From assembly GCA_046482545.1 (NCBI GenBank), contig JAWOEX010000005.1, positions 1 through 17,926 on the forward strand: DNA of 17,926 nucleotides. The letters are read 5' to 3'. Below the pieces are notes generated by a model, which ran no database searches, had not been told where the DNA came from, and saw nothing but the letters and a program-made list of their open reading frames with translations. The translations under genes and the position numbers were made by a program. Positions 8,589 to 15,898 of this stretch are shown in pieces. The DNA is from Candidatus Thorarchaeota archaeon. Lineage in GTDB: Archaea > Asgardarchaeota > Thorarchaeia > Thorarchaeales > Thorarchaeaceae. The stretch's first letter is position 1. Every line of letters begins with the position of its first letter.

Positions 8589-9629
8589 TCATTTGTACAA
8601 TAGTTCTCCGTCGTCTTCATCGATTATTCCTGGATACCACTTTCCCAGTTCCTCGTTGACGTACTCGATAACAACCTTTGGTGGTCTCGGGTAGTATAGA
8701 TCATAAAGGCCACCCCATGACAGCGAGAGGCGGAACTCGAAGGGTGGGATATCCGGGGCGTCAACAAGGTATAACCGTTTCTCAGGTGGAGAACGGGCTC
8801 TAGTCTTGAACCTATAGTCCGACATCTGTCCCATGAGATTGCCGTTCAGTGGTGAAAGGTAGCTTCCCCCCTGGGGCAAATAGTGTCTGTATAACTGGTT
8901 GGTGTAGAGGAATGTGGTATCTGTTGCAAGCGCCAGGTTGTTGAATGCCTGTAGGATGGTCCGCAACCTGTTTATCGTGACAGAATAGTGGATTCTCTCT
9001 TCAGTCTCTGCTGGGAAGAGGAATCCGAGACAGTCGCAGACAACAAGGGCTGTATCCTCAGAGCACAGTTTTCGAAGCGTATCCAAATAGTCCACCATAT
9101 GGTCCTGGGTCAGGATTGTTGCATGTCGGATGTTGGATATCACTTCATCAGGATCAAGCTCGAACCGTATGGCGGCAGCCCGGATGATGAGCGGGTTGAA
9201 TCCCCGTTCATAGTCAAGCCAGATAACTCCACCACCAAGGCCGCCATGCTCTCGTGGCAGCTGTGATGTGACTGCAAACTGGTGACACCACTGGCTCTTG
9301 CCTGATGCTGAAAGGCCATAGAACTCGACAAGCGAACCTGCATACAATCCACCCTGTAAACGGTTGTCAAGTGTGGGACTTCCAGTAGTTAGCTGTGGTG
9401 TATGATTGAGCTCTTCTTCTATCTCGGTTGCTGGCCGTAGCTTGGTAAAAGGTAACAGGTCACGGGCCAGACGGATGAACTCCGCAAGTTTGTCTTCCTT
9501 CAGACCTCTAATTCGGAGGTCACCCGGAACCTGATAGGCAAGCATCTCCGCACTTGAGATACCGGCGTCTTGCAGCTTCTGACCAGTCGTCGGACCGATA
9601 CCCTTGATTTCCTCAAGGTCAGTTGGCAT
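8589..9629 (-). CDS. Divergent RadA/Rad51-family ATPase paralogue with N-terminal HhH domain
   Basis: HhH LEEIKGIGPTTGQKLQDAGI; TTGS..LD..LQGG; Walker A GLSASGKS; WLDYE; Walker B LVVCD; TNQ; LVDAPDIP. GGAGG upstream of ATG 9629. Confidence 0.9.
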   Translation of the reverse strand: MPTDLEEIKGIGPTTGQKLQDAGISSAEMLAYQVPGDLRIRGLKEDKLAEFIRLARDLLPFTKLRPATEIEEELNHTPQLTTGSPTLDNRLQGGLYAGSLVEFYGLSASGKSQWCHQFAVTSQLPREHGGLGGGVIWLDYERGFNPLIIRAAAIRFELDPDEVISNIRHATILTQDHMVDYLDTLRKLCSEDTALVVCDCLGFLFPAETEERIHYSVTINRLRTILQAFNNLALATDTTFLYTNQLYRHYLPQGGSYLSPLNGNLMGQMSDYRFKTRARSPPEKRLYLVDAPDIPPFEFRLSLSWGGLYDLYYPRPPKVVIEYVNEELGKWYPGIIDEDDGELLYK

Positions 9630-9906
9630 GGTCTCCCTCCTGTGCTGTGAATGCGACTTCGAGGTGTAGGAATAGCGAGCTCAGCCGCTTGAAGTCATGA
9701 GTAATACTCACTGGACTTGTGTTTATTCCTTGTAGGATGTGAAGGATTTCTTGCGTACTGAGTTTCTCGTTCCCCCTCGAGTCGAATGCCAGCAGGAACC
9801 GCTCACCATCATCCGTATCAGGAAGCTTGTATACTGACCGGCACCTGATACCCTGTGCTTCAAGGGTCATCCGGACCTTTTCTTCCAACGTAGCATCAGC
9901 CGACAA
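9619..9906 (-). CDS. Hypothetical small alpha/beta protein (~95 aa)
   Basis: Start re-assigned to TTG 9906 (GGAGG upstream). Overlaps both neighbouring genes by 11 nt. Confidence 0.7.
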   Translation of the reverse strand: MSADATLEEKVRMTLEAQGIRCRSVYKLPDTDDGERFLLAFDSRGNEKLSTQEILHILQGINTSPVSITHDFKRLSSLFLHLEVAFTAQEGDHAN

Positions 9907-10732
9907 CCGAGTACCCTCCCAGCATGAGTTTTCGTCTCTCGTTCTCACGACAGCCGTTAAGCGCTTCCACAAGCTCTGGGTGTTTCCTTAGCATCTGGTT
10001 GTCATGGAGCACCTCGGCCAAGTGGTTCCAGATATGTATCGAGTCGTCGAGAATCCTATCCCGGATGGCTCGTACCACATCCTTATCGTTCCGCAGCCAG
10101 TCAAGGTGTCGCAGAAGGAGAATCTCATCGGTAAGGTGTTTCTCATTTCGTATCCTGTTCACGATGTCCGGTTTCGCAGCCAGGATGGCCTGCTTGATGG
10201 CATCTTGCTCAGCAAGGTATGGGATGCTGACGATAAGAGAAGCATCATGCCAGTTCTCTTCTGCACGTGCGATGAGATGGTCCAGTCGTCCAAGCGTTGC
10301 TCGTTTGATACTCGGATGTTTGTGCAACCCGTAGCCTGCCGCTACATGCAACTGGAAAATGATACTTGAACACGTTGCGATATTGTCCGCGATAGCCTCC
10401 TGAATTTCGGGGATACCAAGGAATCCCCGGATGGCACAGAGTGCATCAATAAGCAGACTGTCTCCCTGCCGCAGCGCTTCAGCAACGGTCTGTCGAATCT
10501 CTGGTTCCTCCCAGAGCTCATCCACCCTGCTCATGACAAAACAGAAACAGTGAGCGACCTTGGGATTGAGAATGACTCTGTGGGTCAGCGATGCGATGGT
10601 TCCATCGGTTCTGTACAGTTCCAGGAAGCGTTCTTTGTTGATGTTCAGGGTGTCTACTGCTGACCTATCCCGTTCTGATGTTGTAAGATAGCTCAGTATA
10701 CCGCGGATATCTGTTTGTTCAGAGACACTCAC
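9896..10732 (-). CDS. Hypothetical alpha-helical repeat (solenoid-like) protein
   Basis: Start re-assigned to GTG 10732 (GGAGG upstream; 2 nt after the TBP stop). Contains six degenerate L-x3-P-x-I-x2-AI repeats. Confidence 0.75.
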   Translation of the reverse strand: MSVSEQTDIRGILSYLTTSERDRSAVDTLNINKERFLELYRTDGTIASLTHRVILNPKVAHCFCFVMSRVDELWEEPEIRQTVAEALRQGDSLLIDALCAIRGFLGIPEIQEAIADNIATCSSIIFQLHVAAGYGLHKHPSIKRATLGRLDHLIARAEENWHDASLIVSIPYLAEQDAIKQAILAAKPDIVNRIRNEKHLTDEILLLRHLDWLRNDKDVVRAIRDRILDDSIHIWNHLAEVLHDNQMLRKHPELVEALNGCRENERRKLMLGGYSVVG

Positions 10733-10734
10733 TT

Positions 10735-11313
10735 CTACTCCTCCATACAACCAAGCTCAGCAAGGCGGCTCACGGTCTCCTGCGCATACGCTTCGACTTC
10801 CGATTCCGTTCGTGCACCTGTTACCGTTATCTTGCCCTGACTGAAGAGAGAGATAGAAATCCCGGGTGTTGGCTTGTAGATCAATCCCGGGAATTGCTCA
10901 GGTTCATACACGCTGTATTCCAACTTCATGGATGCCAGTTCGATGTTGATGCTTGAACCGGTCGTTACCGTTGCAACGATATTGTGTACCTGTATGACAG
11001 GGTCCGAATCGACAGTAATGCGCTTCTCGCGTATGAGCTCCACGGTCTTCCGTATCGCCTCGATTGATACTTCTTTGGATTTGCATCCTACCGCCACTAT
11101 CGTTCCCTTTGAATACATGACCAGGACTGCTTCAGGCTCATCCATGCGGTAGATGATGCCTCTGTATTTGGGTTCGAACTCGACATTTCGCAGGGATGCA
11201 GCGATTTCGTCTAGGTCAAGACGATGTGGAAACTGGGCAGATACCATCACATTCCGAATATCGATGCTGTCGATTGAGCTATCGCATACTGCTTCAACCA
11301 TCGTCGTTGCCAT
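10735..11313 (-). CDS. tbp: TATA-box-binding protein, divergent paralogue
   Basis: Two TBP repeats: IRNVMVS..LDLDEIA..EFEPKYRGIIYR..MYSKGTIVAVGCKS and VHNIVAT..YEPEQFPGLIY..LFSQGKITVTGART. GGAGG upstream. Confidence 0.93.
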   Translation of the reverse strand: MATTMVEAVCDSSIDSIDIRNVMVSAQFPHRLDLDEIAASLRNVEFEPKYRGIIYRMDEPEAVLVMYSKGTIVAVGCKSKEVSIEAIRKTVELIREKRITVDSDPVIQVHNIVATVTTGSSINIELASMKLEYSVYEPEQFPGLIYKPTPGISISLFSQGKITVTGARTESEVEAYAQETVSRLAELGCMEE

Positions 11314-11315
11314 CG

Positions 11316-11627
11316 CTATCCCTCCTGTGCTACCATACCACTGCTATTGCCCGAGTTGTGCAGAGGGTTCCCTCGTACAGGAAGCTGCCTGTATGGAGCT
11401 ATTCTATCCAGACAGTTCAGTAAGACCTTCACATCGTTGTACGCACCGTTTGCCTGCAACAGTCCACATACCCGTTCAGTATTCAGACTGTTGTGCTCGC
11501 AGAACGCTTCAACGTGCTTGTAGGGGCGATATTCCCCTGTGGGCTTGCGGTCGAAGACCTCCACCAAATAGAGTACAAGATCTCCAAACAGTCTCGAATT
11601 CGGAACCGGGACCGGTTGGTCTTCCAT
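11316..11627 (-). CDS. DUF2695-like small protein
   Basis: HVEAFCEHNSLNTERVCGLLQANGAYNDVKVLLN parallels the DUF2695 pattern (F....GL..E.V..WL..NGGYCDCEVLLN). A strong archaeal RBS GAGGTGAT precedes the ATG. Confidence 0.65.
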   Translation of the reverse strand: MEDQPVPVPNSRLFGDLVLYLVEVFDRKPTGEYRPYKHVEAFCEHNSLNTERVCGLLQANGAYNDVKVLLNCLDRIAPYRQLPVRGNPLHNSGNSSGMVAQEG

Positions 11628-13172
11628 TCATATCACCTCACAGAGAGAGAGCACATTGGTGTCGGTGGTCAGGGGCACCGGTTTGGCCTGTAAGTGGTGG
11701 TTCCTCACCCGACGTTCAAAGACAGAGCTGTGCATGTTGTACAGGACTGTTGGACCGAGCGCCCCTGTTTCTCTGACAACGCGGAACTCCTCGTTGCTTG
11801 CTTTCATCGCATCCTCGTAGGCTGATACGAACTCCACTGCATCAACCTGATCCTGCTGGAACATCGCTGCGATAGCATAATGCCCCAGCCCATCCTCGAT
11901 AAGGCCGACCACGCTGTAATCGAGTACTTCGTACCCGGTTTTCTCGGATGCTCGTCGTATGGCGTTTGCCACGTGTGCTTCACTGATCTTCTCACCTGAC
12001 AGGTTCACGACGTTACCGCGGCGGCTTACGGACCGGATAGTGTAGGGGTCTGTGCTTTCAAACGTCACCATGTCCCCGATTCTATAGCGATAATAGCCCT
12101 GCACGTTCGTTATGACTATCTCATAGCGGCTTCCAGCTTTCACATCGGTTAGTGGTAAAACATCTGGTTTCTCGTTCACCTGATCTTCAGGAATGAACTC
12201 GAAGTAGTTGGTCGTGGTGAACAGTTGCATGCCCTCAGTGTCAGCACAAAGCTGCCCTGCAAAGACTCCTTCGGATGCACCATAGATATCCCACATGACC
12301 AGATTCGGAATGTTTCTCGTCAGCCATTTCCTGTATGGGTCAGGATCTATCCCCGATGCTAGAAACAATCTAAGGTTGGGCCACAATTCGCCGATATCAA
12401 GGGTGCCGTCATCCTGAAGGGCGTTCCTTATTCTCGATTCGTGTTTGGTTCCGGCCAGCTTGTCAAGCAACCACGGACCGTAGTGGTTCTGCATCCTTCG
12501 AATCAACGCAAGAGATAGTGTGGTTATACCCTGCAGGCCGGTAACGTCACACGTTGCCATGAGTTCGGCGTACGCATGCATCTTCTTGTCCATGTCGTCT
12601 ATGTTGAACACATCTTCGCCCGGCTCGATAAGCCGCTGGAACAGCGCGTTCTGATTTCTAGCGTATACGCCGGTGGCATACCCAACCGGGACGCCGTTGA
12701 TGTAATCCATCTCTGGAGCTGCACCAAAGGTCACAAGGGTTCCATCCACTATCTTGGGATTCTCCGGGTCGGCGTTCATGAACGCCATCCAGGTGAGAGC
12801 TGTTACGCCACTGACATCCTTGAGTCCCTGCTTGGTGATAGGCAACCGTTTTGGTTTGCCAGTCGTACCCGATGTTTGCAAGTACCAGTAAACAGGGTCT
12901 TTCGTCAGGATGCCTCCGCTTGGATCAGCATACGTCAGCTTGTAGTACGGCTTCATACTCTGATAATCCGAAAGCGGGACCCGTTCCCTGAACTGGTCAG
13001 GGGTTGTTATCTGCTCAAAGCTAAACTGCTTGCCCAGGAGTGTCTCCCGGTGCCGATGCAGAATGGACATGAGCTTCTCTTCGCTGAGCTCGATAGGGTT
13101 GTTCAGTATCTCATCGATGCTTTTCTGTTTGTGTTTCGCGTAGAACGAAACAAGTCGTCTCATAATCGACAT
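11628..13172 (-). CDS. GH3 family acyl-adenylate-forming (acyl acid-amido synthetase-like) protein
   Basis: FRERVPLSDY, P-loop TSGTTGKPK, YGASEG, YFEFIP, YEIVITN, YRYRIGD and GEK motifs. Start re-assigned to ATG 13172 (GGAGG upstream). Confidence 0.92.
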   Translation of the reverse strand: MSIMRRLVSFYAKHKQKSIDEILNNPIELSEEKLMSILHRHRETLLGKQFSFEQITTPDQFRERVPLSDYQSMKPYYKLTYADPSGGILTKDPVYWYLQTSGTTGKPKRLPITKQGLKDVSGVTALTWMAFMNADPENPKIVDGTLVTFGAAPEMDYINGVPVGYATGVYARNQNALFQRLIEPGEDVFNIDDMDKKMHAYAELMATCDVTGLQGITTLSLALIRRMQNHYGPWLLDKLAGTKHESRIRNALQDDGTLDIGELWPNLRLFLASGIDPDPYRKWLTRNIPNLVMWDIYGASEGVFAGQLCADTEGMQLFTTTNYFEFIPEDQVNEKPDVLPLTDVKAGSRYEIVITNVQGYYRYRIGDMVTFESTDPYTIRSVSRRGNVVNLSGEKISEAHVANAIRRASEKTGYEVLDYSVVGLIEDGLGHYAIAAMFQQDQVDAVEFVSAYEDAMKASNEEFRVVRETGALGPTVLYNMHSSVFERRVRNHHLQAKPVPLTTDTNVLSLCEVI

Positions 13173-13238
13173 CTGTCTTTTATCCTCCGATAGCCCGGGA
13201 CACAAGGTCCTAGACTATGAGGATAGTACACGGAATAG

Positions 13239-13249
13239 TATAGTTAAAG
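13239..13249 (-). promoter_or_regulatory. Putative TATA box (CTTTAACTATA) of the GH3-TBP-RadA operon
   Basis: Best TATA-like stretch between the repeat element and ATG 13172. Confidence 0.35.
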
Positions 13250-13272
13250 CATAGGTTGAGACCACTTACGCG

Positions 13273-13439
13273 GAATGAGCGCCCAGACAGCGATATTGAG
13301 GTTCAATAGACGCTCCACCATATTCATTCTATCTTAAAATCCGTAGAATCGTCTAAGCGGTTCTATGATTGCTCAGTTCGGAAGTGCTTTGCCGATTTTT
13401 CCCGGTAAATGGCCTATCTTGGCGCCATATTGTGTAACA
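13273..13439. repeat. Conserved intergenic element, copy 1
   Basis: Shares GAATGAGCG, GGTTCA, CGCTCCACCATATT, TCTTAA, AAGCG, CTCAG, GAAGT, GCTTTGCCGATTTTTCCCGGT and GCGCCATAT, in order, with 15479-15657. Confidence 0.9.
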
Positions 13440-13707
13440 CAGTACCCGATTGCACATTTCATTCATATGAAGAAGACATGCCGGCTGGTTCAGAAGTCGA
13501 CATCATTTCAATCTCCAGAACTCCAATCTCTAGAAAGAATGACTGTGAACAGGGATTGGAGATTGTCTTGGTTTGCTGGCTTGTCTGATGATTTCATGTT
13601 GAATAGCCATACCATAGATAGAGTATACGAAAGCGCGCTAAGTATGCTTGAATGGGGACATAGTCTCTTCATCGCTATCATCTCTGACAAAATTCGGGAA
13701 GGTCAGT

Positions 13708-14391
13708 CTAGTGATGTCTATTCGCCCACTCTTCCCATTCCTTCATTATGACCAATACACAAACAATACCAAGGGCGCCTAGGGGAAAAAGAGCATCCCG
13801 GTAAGGTTTCAGCCAAGAGATATTGTAGTGGGTAACATTCAGGTCGAGCTCAACACTGATACCGAAAGTTCCCGCATCCTCCGCTTTGATCTCTGTCTGA
13901 AGAGTCCAGTTCCCCATAACAACAAGTGGTTCCCGTCCGGTCGAGTTCAGACTAAAATACCAAACAGGGGAGAACGAAAAGTCACCACCGGGGCCGACTC
14001 CACCAACATGGAGGCCAAAGGAACGACTCTTGTTACCGTACCGTATCAAATACGAGGGGGTTAAACTAAAACTGGAAAGACCAAGATAACCGACGGAATT
14101 CACCTTGCCATACCAAGACACATTGTGAAACCTGTATCCTCTCCCCCCTCTCATTATAGGAGAAAATCGCACGGTGGTATTCCTTCGGTCATCCGATTGA
14201 TTGAAATTCATCGTGATATTGAAGCCAGAGGATTCCATTTCCGAGATACCCTTTTCGGTCACAAGAACATGATAGGAAGCATGCTGTATTGAACGTGAGA
14301 TGTCCTCCGAAAGGGCAACGAAAGTAAGAGAAACAGTAATTGCAGTGATCACAAGTGCAGCTACTCCCCGAGACTTCCATTCTCGCTGCAT
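13708..14391 (-). CDS. Hypothetical membrane-anchored extracellular protein
   Basis: N-terminal signal/TM, beta-rich middle with several N-x-S/T sequons, and a C-terminal TM. GGAG upstream. Confidence 0.75.
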   Translation of the reverse strand: MQREWKSRGVAALVITAITVSLTFVALSEDISRSIQHASYHVLVTEKGISEMESSGFNITMNFNQSDDRRNTTVRFSPIMRGGRGYRFHNVSWYGKVNSVGYLGLSSFSLTPSYLIRYGNKSRSFGLHVGGVGPGGDFSFSPVWYFSLNSTGREPLVVMGNWTLQTEIKAEDAGTFGISVELDLNVTHYNISWLKPYRDALFPLGALGIVCVLVIMKEWEEWANRHH

Positions 14392-14474
14392 CTCTCAGTT
14401 CTCCGTGACCAGCGGAGATGGTAAGGGAATGGTATCCTTAATGCTTTCGCTCTCTCAAACTGTGTCTGCCATCT

Positions 14475-15087
14475 TCACTCACTGAACCAAATTCCTACAC
14501 CATCAAGTGCATCCGGTTCCGATTGGCTCCAATCATGGTCAGAATTAATCCAGAAGTCGAGAGTATTTTGGTCTTTGTAATAATATGCCGCTTCCCATGT
14601 CTCACAGCTTTCCTCTATCGCCAAGGCTTCTATTTTGAAAGAAAGGCAGCCGTTAGAGACTGTAAATCCAGCACCCATTTTATGGTTTGTTTCATACGTA
14701 TACCAGAATGCCTCCGCTTCACCAACCAGTCCCAGTATCGGACAGACCGTGCCAAGGTTGCCCGATGCTTCGATGTAATGTGGATCATGTTTAGTAGCCT
14801 GTTGGTATGCTTGCTTCACTTCTTCGTTCATACCCGCCCGCTGGTATTTCATACCGGCTCTCACGAGCTCAAGGGCTCATTTGTTCATCGTCATGTTATC
14901 AACGACCATCAGGCAGCTGTAACAAAGCCAGAATCTGAGAAGCCTCGTTAAACCTCCCAGCAATGCGGTACGCATGATACAGCTGGGTTAGAAGATGTGT
15001 ATCTCCTGGTGTCTTGTCAACTTGGTGTTCAAGCACGCTCACAGGCAGAGTGCAAAAATCGTTCTTCTCAGAGATTGTTGGATTCAT
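14475..15087 (-). pseudogene. Disrupted TPR-repeat protein gene
   Basis: TPR-like segments PGDTHLLTQLYHAYRIAGRFNEA (15087-14899) and ALELVRAGMKYQRAGMNEEVKQAYQQATKHDPHYIEASGNLG lie in different frames, with an intervening TGA at ~14877-14879. Confidence 0.65.
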
Positions 15088-15096
15088 TCCTGCACC

Positions 15097-15405
15097 TCAG
15101 CATGTAGAGGACTCGACCCTATCATGTTGGTTATCGGATATCCCTCCATCTGAATGATGTTCATAGGGTCCGCCCTCCTGTCTTATGCACCCGAATGCAT
15201 AGCTGACAGCTACGAAATCAGGGAATGGACTACCGAGTTCTATCTTGGCAACATCCACAAGATCAAGGGCGTTCCGCCGGACCGTGGTTGTAGGTAAGGA
15301 GTTTTGGGATGTGTCAGAATCATCTCTGTTCTGAAGGCCAGACGGGACTTCGTTCGTCGTCGGTGTTGCTTCGTTGATGTCGGGTTCCATCCTCTTTACC
15401 CCCAT
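15097..15405 (-). CDS. Hypothetical protein, possibly decayed
   Basis: 102-codon ORF with a low-complexity N-terminus. A BRE/TATA-like CGAAAGGTTGATA lies upstream (~15461-15449). The likely start is ATG 15390. Confidence 0.4.
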   Translation of the reverse strand: MGVKRMEPDINEATPTTNEVPSGLQNRDDSDTSQNSLPTTTVRRNALDLVDVAKIELGSPFPDFVAVSYAFGCIRQEGGPYEHHSDGGISDNQHDRVESSTC

Positions 15406-15478
15406 CCAAGTACAGGATGATGGCTGGCTATATAGGCGAAATCGCTAGTATCAACCTTTCGGTCAACCCCCCTAGGAA

Positions 15479-15657
15479 GAATGAGCGTTCTCTCGGTCGT
15501 TCTAACGGTTCATATGCGCTCCACCATATTTAGACTCTTCTTAATTTCCTAAAATAACGAAAAGCGTGTTATGCGTTCTCAGATTGAAGTCGCTTTGCCG
15601 ATTTTTCCCGGTCATACAATAATCATCGAAAGTATTAGAGCGCCATATATGGAAACA
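15479..15657. repeat. Conserved intergenic element, copy 2
   Basis: Same ordered blocks as 13273-13439, in the same orientation, offset 2206 bp. Confidence 0.9.
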
Positions 15658-15898
15658 TCACATAGTGGCCATCATCAGTCGCCATCAGATGGTTCAAGAA
15701 ATAGGAAATAGTGGACACCATTCATGACCTCTGATGGATTCCAGACGTGAGAAAGTTCAATGGTGGGAGAGGCGCATATTGTCTTACTGATATATCTGAA
15801 TGATATTGTGCTGAGCAAGGTGGGGCATTGGGTGCTGGTCTGATTTCCAAGGTGGATGACTGTAAAGTCCGTCACCGCTCAATCCTTGATCGGGTATC

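Noticed and set aside
8589-9629. Calling this the housekeeping radA or a KaiC
   Set aside because: Filament and DNA-binding motifs diverge from RadA, and the HhH N-terminus with Rad51-like core argues against KaiC.
13355-13430. tRNA-like look: GCTCAGTTCGGAAGTGC resembles a D-arm, followed by a stem-loop
   Set aside because: No acceptor stem, no TTC T-loop, an 8-nt loop, and the D-arm resemblance is not kept in copy 2.
13273-15657. CRISPR array interpretation of the repeats
   Set aside because: Only two copies 2.2 kb apart, no regular repeat-spacer period, and no cas genes.
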